DNA of 64,000 bases from an uncultured Selenomonadales bacterium (GCA_900315345.1 OMYP01000004.1:33922-97921), one strand, 5' to 3'. Shown: positions 27,417 through 37,254, numbered from the stretch's first letter. The notes: generated by a model from the sequence alone, not told the origin. Numbers and translations: made by a program.

Positions 27417-28787
27417 ATGGGGAAAGGTAAACTGACGGAACAGTTGGTCAGTCTTGTTGTCGAAACCGGTGAAACGGAAGCAAAACCGGCTTTTGCAATT
27501 GGCAGACAGGGGCTATTGGATTTTCTGAGTGCGGCCTGGAAGGGAAAAGCACAAAGGGAAACTGACCGTCTGCTGCGCTATGTTTCCGGTTCCGGACAGT
27601 CATTGCTGCTTGCTTCTGAACAGGGCGCCAGTGCCGAGCTCAGTGCATTGTATAATGGATATCTTGGACATTATCTGGACTACGATGATGTAAATCAGAC
27701 AATCAGAGGCCATCCATCAACAGTTCTTTACCCTGCGCTGTTGTCTGTGGCCTCGCTGCGCCCGGTTTCCGGCAGGCGTTTTCTGGCTGCTTATGTTATC
27801 GGCGTAGAGATAATGGCGCGGCTGGCCAGAGTAATGGGGAAAGCGCATTACCGGAGGGGGTTTCATAATACCGCAACACTGGGCGTACTGGCCGGAGCAA
27901 TGGCTGTCGGGTATCTTCTTCAGCTGGATAACGAAAAGCTGCTTAATGCAATGGGGATTGCGGCTGCGCAGGTCAGCGGGCTTCGCCTGAATTTTGGGAC
28001 AGAATGCAAACCGTTACAGGCCGGCATTGCGGCTCAGAAAGGAGTTCAGGCAGTATTGCTGGCAGAACTCGGTATTACAGCAAGTCATACTGCTTTGGAT
28101 GGAGATAAAGGTCTATTATCTTTATATGGTAACGGCATCCGGGCTGATACAGCAGAAATTTTGCTGGGTAACTGGGGGAAAAAATGGGAGTTATGCAATA
28201 CAGGCCTCTGGTTTAAGCTGTACCCATTTTGTTCAGCAGCCAGCCATATTGCAGATTCTGCGAAGCAGTTATATCAGAGGGGAGGATTTTCGCCGGAGGA
28301 AATACAGAAGGTTGCGCTGTTTTTTCCACCGGGAGGAGATGCTGCGCTGATTCACAGGCGTCCGGCAACCGGTGAGGAAGGCCGGTTCAGTGCAGAATAT
28401 GTGGCGGCGGTGGGACTGAACGGATTATCGTATACGCTGGAAAATTTCAGCTCCAAGCCGGTATCTGCTTATTTGCAGCAATTTATGGAAAGGATAGAGC
28501 GACGGTATGACGATGCTGTTATTCCTGCTAAAACCGCATTGCCGCCTGGGCGTTTTGGCATTGTGCAATTGTATTTAACAAATGGCGGCATCAGGGAAAA
28601 CCGGACAGATACGCCCAAAGGATCGCCGGGCAATCCGCTGACGGCAGAGGAGCAGTATCAGAAACTGCAGGCATGCTGTCCGGCGGAAATTGCAGAGAAA
28701 TTACCGGATGAGATTAAAGTGCTAGATAATATTTCTGACATGAGTGGTCTGATACAGATTTTAAAAACAGAAATATCTGCGAACTGA
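27417..28787 (+). CDS. MmgE/PrpD-family protein (YxeQ-like)
   Basis: GHYLDYDD, GHPS, GFHNTATLG, NFGTECKPLQAG, KLYPFCSA and GRFSAEY. Confidence 0.9.
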   Translation: MGKGKLTEQLVSLVVETGETEAKPAFAIGRQGLLDFLSAAWKGKAQRETDRLLRYVSGSGQSLLLASEQGASAELSALYNGYLGHYLDYDDVNQTIRGHPSTVLYPALLSVASLRPVSGRRFLAAYVIGVEIMARLARVMGKAHYRRGFHNTATLGVLAGAMAVGYLLQLDNEKLLNAMGIAAAQVSGLRLNFGTECKPLQAGIAAQKGVQAVLLAELGITASHTALDGDKGLLSLYGNGIRADTAEILLGNWGKKWELCNTGLWFKLYPFCSAASHIADSAKQLYQRGGFSPEEIQKVALFFPPGGDAALIHRRPATGEEGRFSAEYVAAVGLNGLSYTLENFSSKPVSAYLQQFMERIERRYDDAVIPAKTALPPGRFGIVQLYLTNGGIRENRTDTPKGSPGNPLTAEEQYQKLQACCPAEIAEKLPDEIKVLDNISDMSGLIQILKTEISAN

Positions 28788-28822
28788 TCAATAGATTATA
28801 AAAGAAATGAGGGGGCATTAAA

Positions 28823-29626
28823 ATGAAGATAAATAAAGTTTTAGGGACTTTGGTGACAGTAATCCTTGCAGCAGGACTGATTGCAGGGTGCGGTAGTAGT
28901 GAGAAAAAGGCAGCGCCGTCTCCGGAAAAGGTAATCAGGGCAGGCTGCACAGGTGTGAGCTATCCGGATTCTTTTAAGGAAAATGGAAAATTGACCGGTT
29001 ACGATGTGGAAATATTAGAATTGGCTGCTAAAAACCTGGGCTACAAGGTCGAGTGGGTTAATACCGATTTTGCGGGTCTGATCGGTCAGCTGGACGCAGG
29101 AAAGATTGACACGATTGCTAATAATGTGTCTATAACTCCGCCCCGTAAGGAAAAATATTATTTTTCTGAGCCGTTTCTGTATGAAGGAACCCAGTTTGTA
29201 GCACATAAAGACAATAATGAGATTAACAAAGTTGAGGATTTATTTGGGAAAACAGTTGCCGGGGTTGCAGGGTCCAATCATTTAAAAGTTGTAGAACAGG
29301 CCTATCCGAATGGAAACATTAAAATCCGAACTTATGAAAACCGGGATGGAGCCATGAATGACCTGATCAATAAGAGGGTTGACGGATATGTTAATGCCAG
29401 AAATGTTTTGGTGGCTACTATCAAGAAAGCCAATCTTCCCTTTAAGTTGGTTGGAGATTTGTTTGTGATTCGTCCTTCCGCATATCCTTTTCTGAAAAAT
29501 GAAAAGGGTAAAAAACTGAATGATGAATTTACAAAAGAGATTCAGCGGTTAAGAAAAGATGGAACAATGAAAAAAATCTCTGAAAAATATTACGGAACTG
29601 ATGTAAGTGTCAATCCTGGCAAATAA
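28823..29626 (+). CDS. Polar amino acid ABC transporter substrate-binding lipoprotein (YxeM/TcyA-like)
   Basis: Lipobox IAGC, GKLTGYDVEI, LDAGKID and YYFSEPF. Confidence 0.9.
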   Translation: MKINKVLGTLVTVILAAGLIAGCGSSEKKAAPSPEKVIRAGCTGVSYPDSFKENGKLTGYDVEILELAAKNLGYKVEWVNTDFAGLIGQLDAGKIDTIANNVSITPPRKEKYYFSEPFLYEGTQFVAHKDNNEINKVEDLFGKTVAGVAGSNHLKVVEQAYPNGNIKIRTYENRDGAMNDLINKRVDGYVNARNVLVATIKKANLPFKLVGDLFVIRPSAYPFLKNEKGKKLNDEFTKEIQRLRKDGTMKKISEKYYGTDVSVNPGK

Positions 29627-29732
29627 AAACGATGCTTGCATTAAACACGGCTGCCTCGTCAAAATGTACCGGGCAGCCGTATCTGTAAAGAAATAGCCGG
29701 GTTGTGATAACTAATGCGGGGAGTTGCAAGGA

Positions 29733-30398
29733 ATGACTTTTGATATTAAGTATATGTTAGATGTCTTAAAGGAAATTATTCCCTATACACCAATTACTCT
29801 GTTTCTGGCAATAGCTTCAATGCTATTAGCTGGTATATTAGGTCTGGGAATTGCCTTGGTAAAACAATTCCAGATTCCTGTTCTGAAACAGATGGTGGCA
29901 GTCTATGTATCTTTCTTCCGTTCCATTCCAACTATTGTAGAATTGTTTCTGATTTATTACGGCTTACCGCAAGTCTTTCCGGTTTTCTCCAAAATGGAGG
30001 CGTTATCTGCCACTATTTTGGGATTGAGTCTGAAAAATGCAGCATATTTATCTGAAATTTTTCGGGCCGGATTGCTATCGGTAGATGACGGACAGATGGA
30101 AGCCTGCATCGGTGTTGGTATTTCCAAATTGTATGCGTATCAGCATATTATCCTGCCGCAGGCTTTGCAAAATGCATTACCGGGTATGAGTAATACGTTT
30201 ATCAGCGTTATAAAAGAAAGTTCCCTGGCATTTACACTGGGACTGGTAGATTTGTTTGCACAGGCAAAATTAATTGCATCTGACTCGTTCCGCTTTTTTG
30301 AAGCATATCTGGCTGTCGCGGTTATTTTCTGGGCTCTCGTTGTTATCATGACTTTGTTTCAGCAACGTCTGGAAACATATATGCAGAGATATAGGTAG
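29733..30398 (+). CDS. Polar amino acid ABC transporter permease
   Basis: VSFFRSIP, YYGLP, AAYLSEIFRAG, GQMEAC (EAA loop) and IKESSL. Confidence 0.9.
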   Translation: MTFDIKYMLDVLKEIIPYTPITLFLAIASMLLAGILGLGIALVKQFQIPVLKQMVAVYVSFFRSIPTIVELFLIYYGLPQVFPVFSKMEALSATILGLSLKNAAYLSEIFRAGLLSVDDGQMEACIGVGISKLYAYQHIILPQALQNALPGMSNTFISVIKESSLAFTLGLVDLFAQAKLIASDSFRFFEAYLAVAVIFWALVVIMTLFQQRLETYMQRYR

Positions 30399-30410
30399 GG
30401 GATTGAAATT

Positions 30411-31163
30411 ATGCTGAGGATAACAAAACTGCGCAAAAAATTTGGAAACCTGGAAGTTTTAAAAGGCGTTGACCTGACTGCTGAACAAGGGCAGGTCGTT
30501 GCGATTTTAGGCTCTTCCGGTTCCGGAAAAACCACGTTATTAAGGTGTTTAAATTTTTTGGAAACACCGGAAGAGGGGAATATTAAAATTGGAGATGTGA
30601 GTATTGATGCTAAAAATTATTCTTCCCGCGAGGTAAATTTACTGCGGCGGCAATCAGCCATGGTGTTTCAGCACTATAATCTTTTTCGTAACAGGACTTG
30701 CCTTCAAAATGTTACGGAGTCATTACTGGCCAATAAGATAATGGATAAAAAGAGTGCTGAAGAATATGGCCTGAAGATTTTGCGCAAAGTCGGTCTTGAA
30801 AATAAAAAAGATGTTTATCCGTCAAAGTTATCAGGTGGGCAGCAACAACGCGTAAGTATTGCCCGTGCTTTGGCAGTGAAACCCCATGTTATCCTTTTTG
30901 ATGAACCCACTTCTGCGTTGGATCCGGAACTGGTTGCGGAAGTTCTGAATTCGATTCGTGCTATTGCAGAAGCCCGTACAACGACAATGCTGATTGTCAC
31001 TCATGAAATGAATTTTGCAAAAGAAGTCGCAGACAAAATTGTTTTTATGGATCAGGGGAGAATTTTGGAAGAAGGAACACCAGAGCAGATATTCCGTTCG
31101 CCGAAAAACGACCGTACACGGCATTTTTTAAGCAGATATCTGCTTCCTGAATACAATATATAA
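30411..31163 (+). CDS. Polar amino acid ABC transporter ATP-binding protein
   Basis: [30 protein letters not shown] and THEM. Confidence 0.93.
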   Translation: MLRITKLRKKFGNLEVLKGVDLTAEQGQVVAILGSSGSGKTTLLRCLNFLETPEEGNIKIGDVSIDAKNYSSREVNLLRRQSAMVFQHYNLFRNRTCLQNVTESLLANKIMDKKSAEEYGLKILRKVGLENKKDVYPSKLSGGQQQRVSIARALAVKPHVILFDEPTSALDPELVAEVLNSIRAIAEARTTTMLIVTHEMNFAKEVADKIVFMDQGRILEEGTPEQIFRSPKNDRTRHFLSRYLLPEYNI

Positions 31164-31206
31164 AGTTGCGTAAAGACAGAATTGTTTCGCAGGAAAGGAT
31201 TGGAAA

Positions 31207-31470
31207 ATGGAAAAACTGATCGTGTACGGAAGTCTTCACTGTCCTGATACCCAGGCAGCATTAAAGAAGCTTACAGAAAGCAAAATTGAATATGCATTTA
31301 AAAATATTTCCGGTGAGCTGGAGAATTTGAAAGAATTCCTGAAACTTCGTGACACAAACACACTGTATGAAAGGATTCGTCAGGAGGGACGCATAGGAAT
31401 ACCTTGTTTTGTGCAACAGAAAGAGAAAATTACATTAAATTTAATGGAAGTATTGGACGCCAACAAATAA
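31207..31470 (+). CDS. Glutaredoxin-related small protein
   Basis: 87 aa. YGSLHCPD single-Cys motif and IGIPCF (cis-Pro loop). Confidence 0.75.
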   Translation: MEKLIVYGSLHCPDTQAALKKLTESKIEYAFKNISGELENLKEFLKLRDTNTLYERIRQEGRIGIPCFVQQKEKITLNLMEVLDANK

Positions 31471-31507
31471 GCCTGTTCCTGATGTATTTGAATGCGAGGG
31501 CAAAAAT

Positions 31508-31540
31508 ATGGAGTTTTCAACATTATGCGTACACGGAGGA
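31508..31540 (+). pseudogene. 5' remnant of a Cys/Met-metabolism PLP enzyme (cystathionine gamma-synthase family)
   Basis: After a gaggg SD-like sequence, ATG encodes MEFSTLCVHGG, resembling this family's N-terminus (compare MetY KFETLQLHVG in this window). The frame then runs into the antisense strand of purF. Confidence 0.55.
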
Positions 31541-31558
31541 CTTGCCTTTTACAACAAT

Positions 31559-32968
31559 TCAATCTCCGCACCGGAAAGGAAATGGATTCCCTTCCGGTAT
31601 CTCCATGGGATAGTTTCCATCAAAGCAACCGGTGCAGATGGGGAGCCCCTTTACCATTTCAGATAACGCATGGATGTCAAGATATCCTAATGAATCCGCA
31701 TCCAGCATTTGCCGGATATCCTCCAATGAATAGTGGTTGGCGATCAGTTCTTCGCCGGAAGAAACATCTGTGCCGAAATAGCAGGGGTGGCGGAACGGCG
31801 GGGAGCTGATCCGTACATGGACTTCCCGGGCGCCTGCGTCTTTCAGCATTTGTACGAGATGTTTCATGGTGGTGCCCCGGACAATGGAGTCGTCTATCAG
31901 GACGATGCGTTTTCCGGCAACGGCCGCCTGCAGTACGCTGAGTTTCATATGTACGCTGTTCTCCCGCTCTTCCTGGGAAGGCTTGATAAACGTCCGGCCG
32001 ATATAGGAATTTTTATAAAAAACAAAGCCGAAGGGGATGCCCGAGGCTTCCGCATAGCCTTTGGCGGCAGGCAGTCCCGATTCAGGAACGCCGGTCACCA
32101 GGTCTGCTGCCACAGGGTGCGATTCTGCCAGCGCTTTTCCTGCAGCGATACGGGCGTCGTAAACGCTGACTCCGTCTATACAGCTGTCCAGTCTCGCAAA
32201 ATAGATGTATTCAAAAATACAATGGGCGCATTTTTCCTGTTGAAGGGAATCATCGGATTCTATTCCTTCTGCAGAGATGGTAACCAGTTCCCCCGGCTCG
32301 ATGTCCCTGATGAATGTCGCACCCGTGGCGGTAAGGGCGCAACTTTCCGAAGCCAGCACATAAGCGTTGCCGCGTTTTCCCAGGCAAAGGGGCTTCAGTC
32401 CGAAGGGATCCCGTAACCCCATCAGCTTTTTAGGGCTCATGATGACCAGCGCATAGGCGCCGATCAGTTTGCGAGCAGTGGCTAATACGGCTTTCTGTAT
32501 GGTTTTTGCATGTACTCTTTCTTTTGCCAGATAAAAGGCTATCACTTCCGAATCTGCGGTAGTATGGAATACGGCGCCGTTTTGGACCAGTTCCCATTTC
32601 AGGTCGGCGGTGTTTACCAGATTGCCGTTATGGGCCAGGGCCAGCGTTCCTTTTATGTAAGAAATCACAAGAGGCTGGGCGTTTTCCGGTCTGGAACCGC
32701 CGGTGGTAGAATAACGCACATGGCCGACGCCCAGATTGCCACGGATTTCTTTCACATTTTTTTCATGGAACACTTCGCTGACAAGACCTGCATCTTTGAG
32801 GCACTGGCAGTTCCCGACGGGACCCTGTGTGTTTGAAACTGCCATGCCGCAAGCTTCCTGGCCCCGATGCTGGAGGGCCATCAGTCCGTAATAAATGGAA
32901 TGGGCGACGTCAGCGCCGTTCAAATCAAAGATACCGAAGACGCCGCATTCTTCTTTTGGCTTATCCAT
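31559..32968 (-). CDS. purF: Amidophosphoribosyltransferase
   Basis: Propeptide KEECGVFG, LQHRGQE, GHVRYST, HNGNL, CIFEYIYFAR, DDSIVRGTT and CTGCF. Confidence 0.95.
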   Translation of the reverse strand: MDKPKEECGVFGIFDLNGADVAHSIYYGLMALQHRGQEACGMAVSNTQGPVGNCQCLKDAGLVSEVFHEKNVKEIRGNLGVGHVRYSTTGGSRPENAQPLVISYIKGTLALAHNGNLVNTADLKWELVQNGAVFHTTADSEVIAFYLAKERVHAKTIQKAVLATARKLIGAYALVIMSPKKLMGLRDPFGLKPLCLGKRGNAYVLASESCALTATGATFIRDIEPGELVTISAEGIESDDSLQQEKCAHCIFEYIYFARLDSCIDGVSVYDARIAAGKALAESHPVAADLVTGVPESGLPAAKGYAEASGIPFGFVFYKNSYIGRTFIKPSQEERENSVHMKLSVLQAAVAGKRIVLIDDSIVRGTTMKHLVQMLKDAGAREVHVRISSPPFRHPCYFGTDVSSGEELIANHYSLEDIRQMLDADSLGYLDIHALSEMVKGLPICTGCFDGNYPMEIPEGNPFPFRCGD

Positions 32969-33035
32969 GTTTAACCGCTTCTTTCATTAAAATAGTATCT
33001 TCCGTTCTCCCGCCGTATTACAGCGGGACTTTTTA

Positions 33036-34835
33036 TTAAAGGGGATAATCCTGCAACGCGTCAAATCCTTCTTCGCCTGTACGGATTTTAACTACGTTGT
33101 CGACAGTGGAGATGAAAATCTTTCCGTCTCCGTATTTACCGGTGTAAAGGACTTTTTTTGCTATATCAATGATCGTGCGGGGCGGAATGGCGGAGACAAC
33201 GATGTCCAGGCGGATTTTAGGCAGCAGCCGTGAGGCGACGGATGCGCCCCGGTACATTTCCGTATGGCCTTTTTGCAGTCCGTAACCATGGACCTCTGTG
33301 ACTGTCATACCGGTAATACCGATATTTTCCAAAGCGGTTTTCAGCGACAGGAAGCGTTCTTTGGACGTGATGATGGTTACAAGGGAATAGGCGTGGCCGT
33401 CAGGCGTTGCGGGACGGGATGCCGGATTCGTTTGGGAAAAGAGGCGAGGCATTCTGTTTGCAACTGTAGTCGAATCTTCTGTCGCTGCGGGCATATGCTC
33501 CGGCGCTGGCATGAAATCGGCGTAAGCAGAGGTGAGGCCGTGTTCTTCAAAATCCAGTCCGGCGATTTCTTCTTTGGCAGTTACCCGCAATCCAATGGTA
33601 GCTTTAATTGATTTAAAGACGATGCCTGCTGCGATCGCCACATATACAATGACGGCGATGACGCCGGTAAGCTGTACAATAAAAAAGTGGGGATCGCCAC
33701 AGTAGAGCCAGCCGTCCTGTTTAGACAGCAGGCCGGTGAATACGGTACCCAGCGCGCCGCAGACGCCGTGTACCGAAACGGCGCCGACAGGATCGTCGAT
33801 TTTCAGCTTCTGGTCGATGAATTCAATGGAATAGACTACGACAATTCCGGCAATGAGGCCGATAGCGAACGCGCCGGGTACGGTGACCAGGTCGCAGCCA
33901 GCTGTAATAGCTACCAGACCTGCCAGTGCTCCGTTCAATGTCATGGAAACGTCAGGCTTTCCGTAGCGGATCCAGGTCAGGAACATGACGGTGCAGGTGG
34001 CGACAGCGGCGGACATGTTGGTGGTTACGAAAATGTGCGCGGCAGACTGGATCGCTTCGTCACCGGTCATGCTGACGGTAGAACAGCCGTTGAAGCCGAA
34101 CCAGGCGAACCAGAGTATGAACACTCCCAGGGTCGCAAGGGGCAAACTGTGGCCGGGAATAGCATTGACAGTTCCGTCTTCATTGTATTTGCCGATACGG
34201 GGCCCCAGCAGCCAGGCGCCGATGCAGGCACAGACGCCGCCTACCATATGCACCGCGGTGGAACCGGCAAAATCGTGAAAGCCCATCTGGGCCAGCCAGC
34301 CGCCGCCCCAGATCCAGTGGCCGGAAACCGGGTAGATGATCAGGCTGATGAGGATGCTGTAAATGCAGTAGGAAGAAAATTTTGTACGTTCTGCCATGGA
34401 CCCGGAAACGATGGTGGCGGCCGTCGCGCAGAAAACAGTCTGGAAGATCAGAAATGCCATGGCGGGATAGCCGGCATCTTCCGCAACGGTAAAATGTGTT
34501 GCAAAAAAATCCGGACTGCCAATGATGCCGTTAATATCTGCCCCAAACATGAGTCCGAAGCCGATGATCCAGAATACCGGCGTACCCAAAGCGAAGTCCA
34601 TCACATTTTTCATAACGATATTGCCTGCGTTTTTAGCGCGGGTCAGACCCGTTTCGCACATGGCAAAACCTGGCTGCATAAAAAATACCAGGGCGGCGCC
34701 CAGCAGCACCCAGATCGTGTCTGCAGACGAATATCGCAAGGGAAGTGGGTCCGCTGCAAAAGCAGGCGCGGGAATCAGGCTGAGGCAAAGTACGGCCGGA
34801 ATAATTTGAAACAATAAGCTACCCGATTTTTTCAT
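33036..34835 (-). CDS. amtB: Ammonium transporter AmtB fused to a C-terminal PII (GlnK-like) domain
   Basis: FMQPGFAM.ETG, DFAGSTAVH, WFGFNG, NGALAGLVAITA and DDPVGAVSVHG, followed in frame by GITGMTV..V.GYG.QKG..EMYRG, LLPKI and GKYGDGKIFI...VKIRTGE. Confidence 0.93.
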   Translation of the reverse strand: MKKSGSLLFQIIPAVLCLSLIPAPAFAADPLPLRYSSADTIWVLLGAALVFFMQPGFAMCETGLTRAKNAGNIVMKNVMDFALGTPVFWIIGFGLMFGADINGIIGSPDFFATHFTVAEDAGYPAMAFLIFQTVFCATAATIVSGSMAERTKFSSYCIYSILISLIIYPVSGHWIWGGGWLAQMGFHDFAGSTAVHMVGGVCACIGAWLLGPRIGKYNEDGTVNAIPGHSLPLATLGVFILWFAWFGFNGCSTVSMTGDEAIQSAAHIFVTTNMSAAVATCTVMFLTWIRYGKPDVSMTLNGALAGLVAITAGCDLVTVPGAFAIGLIAGIVVVYSIEFIDQKLKIDDPVGAVSVHGVCGALGTVFTGLLSKQDGWLYCGDPHFFIVQLTGVIAVIVYVAIAAGIVFKSIKATIGLRVTAKEEIAGLDFEEHGLTSAYADFMPAPEHMPAATEDSTTVANRMPRLFSQTNPASRPATPDGHAYSLVTIITSKERFLSLKTALENIGITGMTVTEVHGYGLQKGHTEMYRGASVASRLLPKIRLDIVVSAIPPRTIIDIAKKVLYTGKYGDGKIFISTVDNVVKIRTGEEGFDALQDYPL

Positions 34836-34864
34836 GATGATCGATCCCTCTCTTTCAGAATACG

Positions 34865-34912
34865 AAAAAAAGCGCCTGATTGTGAGTGGATCACAATCAG
34901 ACGCCGATGTCT
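34865..34912 (-). terminator. Attenuator terminator in the amtB leader with an overlapping ANTAR-type hexaloop
   Basis: Minus strand gcgtctgattgtga-tccac-tcacaatcaggcgc plus T7. An alternative hairpin agac-ATCGGC-gtct lies at 34912-34899. Confidence 0.82.
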
Positions 34913-35025
34913 CGAACGAATTGATTTGGTAAATCTGCAAAAGCAATGCGCGCAAATTTAGCTTTGCAGACTTACAAATGTATGGTAACACTTTATTTAA
35001 AATCCGTCAAGATTTTTTGCGCAGC

Positions 35026-35054
35026 TTGACAAGCGATACCCTTGGATATACAAT
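35026..35054 (+). promoter_or_regulatory. Sigma-A promoter of the suf operon
   Basis: TTGACA-17 bp-TACAAT. Confidence 0.75.
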
Positions 35055-35101
35055 ATATTATAATTCATATAAAAATAATATGAATTAAAGGAGAGGGAAG
35101 T

Positions 35102-35845
35102 ATGACAGCAAAACTTCTGGAAATAGAAAACCTGCATGCAGGTGCGGCAGGAAAAGAAATTATAAAAGGAATCAGCCTTTCCGTAAATACAGGAGAGGTT
35201 CATGTGATCCTGGGACCGAACGGCTCCGGAAAGTCAACGCTGATGAATGTCATCATGGGCCACCCGGGGTATATGGTGACGGAAGGGAAGATATGTTTTG
35301 AAGGAGAGGATATTTCCGGACTGCGCTCGTTTGAGCGGGCCCGGAAAGGCCTTTTCCTTTCTTTTCAGACGCCGGAAGAGATTCCGGGAATTACAGTGGA
35401 GAACCTGCTGCGCACGGCGAAACAGGCAGTGACGGGAAAGTTCCAGCGTATTTATGCGTTTCGTAAGGAACTGAAGGCGATGATGGAGGAACTGCAGATG
35501 GACCCGGCTTATGCGGAACGTGATGTTAATGTGGGGTTTTCCGGAGGGGAAAAAAAGCGGAATGAAATTTTACAGATGCTGATGCTGGATCCGAAGCTTG
35601 CGCTTTTGGACGAAACAGATTCCGGGCTGGATGTGGATGCGGTACAGATCGTTTCACGCGGCGTCAGCAAATTCCATAATGAAAATAATGCGTGTCTGAT
35701 CATCACCCATAATACGCGTATCCTGGAAAAACTGGAAGTTGACAGGGTCCATGTCCTCATTGACGGAAAAATCGTGGAAGAAGGCGGACCGGAACTGATA
35801 GAGAAAATCAACCGGAGCGGGTTTGGAAAGATTAGGGAACGTTGA
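35102..35845 (+). CDS. sufC: Fe-S cluster assembly ATPase
   Basis: GPNGSGKST, NVGFSGGEKKRNEILQ and DETDSGLDVDA. Confidence 0.95.
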   Translation: MTAKLLEIENLHAGAAGKEIIKGISLSVNTGEVHVILGPNGSGKSTLMNVIMGHPGYMVTEGKICFEGEDISGLRSFERARKGLFLSFQTPEEIPGITVENLLRTAKQAVTGKFQRIYAFRKELKAMMEELQMDPAYAERDVNVGFSGGEKKRNEILQMLMLDPKLALLDETDSGLDVDAVQIVSRGVSKFHNENNACLIITHNTRILEKLEVDRVHVLIDGKIVEEGGPELIEKINRSGFGKIRER

Positions 35846-35847
35846 TT

Positions 35848-37254
35848 ATGGAACAGAAAAAGACGTTTGTGGAAGATATTGAACGCACTCTGTATGATAT
35901 CCGCAACGAAGACCGTTCCGTGTATAAAACGGAACGAGGACTGACAGAGGAGATCATCCGGGATATTTCACGGCAGAAAAAAGATCCGGAGTGGATGCTG
36001 GATTTCCGGCTGAAATCGCTGGAGAAGTATTACCAGATTCCGCTGCCGGACTGGGGGCCGGATATTTCCGGGTTAAACATGGACGACATCGTCACCTATG
36101 TCCGTCCGGGCGGAAAGATGGCGGGGAACTGGCAGGAAGTACCGGAAGAAATAAAAGCTACTTTCGACCGGTTGGGGATTCCGGAAGCGGAACGAACCTC
36201 TTTGTCAGGCGTAGGCGCCCAATACGATTCGGAAGTGGTGTATCACCGGGTGCAGAAAGAACTGAGCGACCAGGGTGTCATCTATACGGATTTTGAAACG
36301 GCGGTGCACGAATACGAAGATATTGTGAAAGAATATTTTATGAAGCTTGTACCGCCAAAAGATCATAAGTTCGCCGCGCTGCACGGGGCGGTCTGGTCTG
36401 GCGGTTCCTTTGTGTATGTGCCGGAGGGGGTGCATGTGGATATTCCGCTACAGTCCTATTTCCGCCTGAATGCAGCGGGAGCAGGCCAGTTTGAACACAC
36501 GCTGATCATCTGCGAAAAGAATTCCAGCCTCCACTTTATTGAAGGCTGCAGCGCTCCCCGTTATAACGTAACGAATCTGCACGCCGGCTGCGTGGAACTG
36601 TATGTAAAAGAAGGGGCGCGGTTGCGGTATTCCACCATTGAGAACTGGTCGCGCAACATGATGAACCTGAATACCAAGAGGGCGCTGGTAGAGAAGGATG
36701 GCCTTATCGAATGGGTGTCGGGGTCTTTTGGTTCCCGTGTTTCGTGTCTGTATCCCAGCAGCATTTTGCACGGGGAGAACGCCCGCTGCGAATTTACCGG
36801 CGTTACCTTTGCCAGCCGGGGACAGGATTTGGACACGGGGGCGACGGTGGTTATGCTGGCGCCAGGTACCAGCGCCAATATCAATACCCGGACAATTTCC
36901 AAATCCGGCGGCGCGGCTACCTACCGCAGCGCCGTAAAGGTGGCCCCCGGGGCCCGGGGGGCGAAATGCCTGGTCAATTGCGAATCGCTGCTGTTGGATG
37001 AAAAGAGCCGCAGCGATACGCTGCCGGTGATGGATATTGAAACCGACGAAGTAGAAATAGGACATGAAGCAAAAATCGGACGCATCAGCGATGAAGCGAT
37101 TTTTTACCTGACCAGCCGGGGCATTGGGGAAGAAGAAGCCCAGGCCATGATCGTGCGCGGATTTGTAGAACCGGTAGCCAAAGCGTTGCCGTTGGAGTAT
37201 GCCGTGGAAATGAACAATCTGATCAATATGGAGCTGGTGGGAGGTATGGGATAA
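35848..37254 (+). CDS. sufB: Fe-S cluster assembly scaffold protein
   Basis: GAQYDSEVVY, AVWSGGSF, GQFEHTLI, EGCSAP, YSTIENW and HEAKIGRI. Confidence 0.96.
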   Translation: MEQKKTFVEDIERTLYDIRNEDRSVYKTERGLTEEIIRDISRQKKDPEWMLDFRLKSLEKYYQIPLPDWGPDISGLNMDDIVTYVRPGGKMAGNWQEVPEEIKATFDRLGIPEAERTSLSGVGAQYDSEVVYHRVQKELSDQGVIYTDFETAVHEYEDIVKEYFMKLVPPKDHKFAALHGAVWSGGSFVYVPEGVHVDIPLQSYFRLNAAGAGQFEHTLIICEKNSSLHFIEGCSAPRYNVTNLHAGCVELYVKEGARLRYSTIENWSRNMMNLNTKRALVEKDGLIEWVSGSFGSRVSCLYPSSILHGENARCEFTGVTFASRGQDLDTGATVVMLAPGTSANINTRTISKSGGAATYRSAVKVAPGARGAKCLVNCESLLLDEKSRSDTLPVMDIETDEVEIGHEAKIGRISDEAIFYLTSRGIGEEEAQAMIVRGFVEPVAKALPLEYAVEMNNLINMELVGGMG

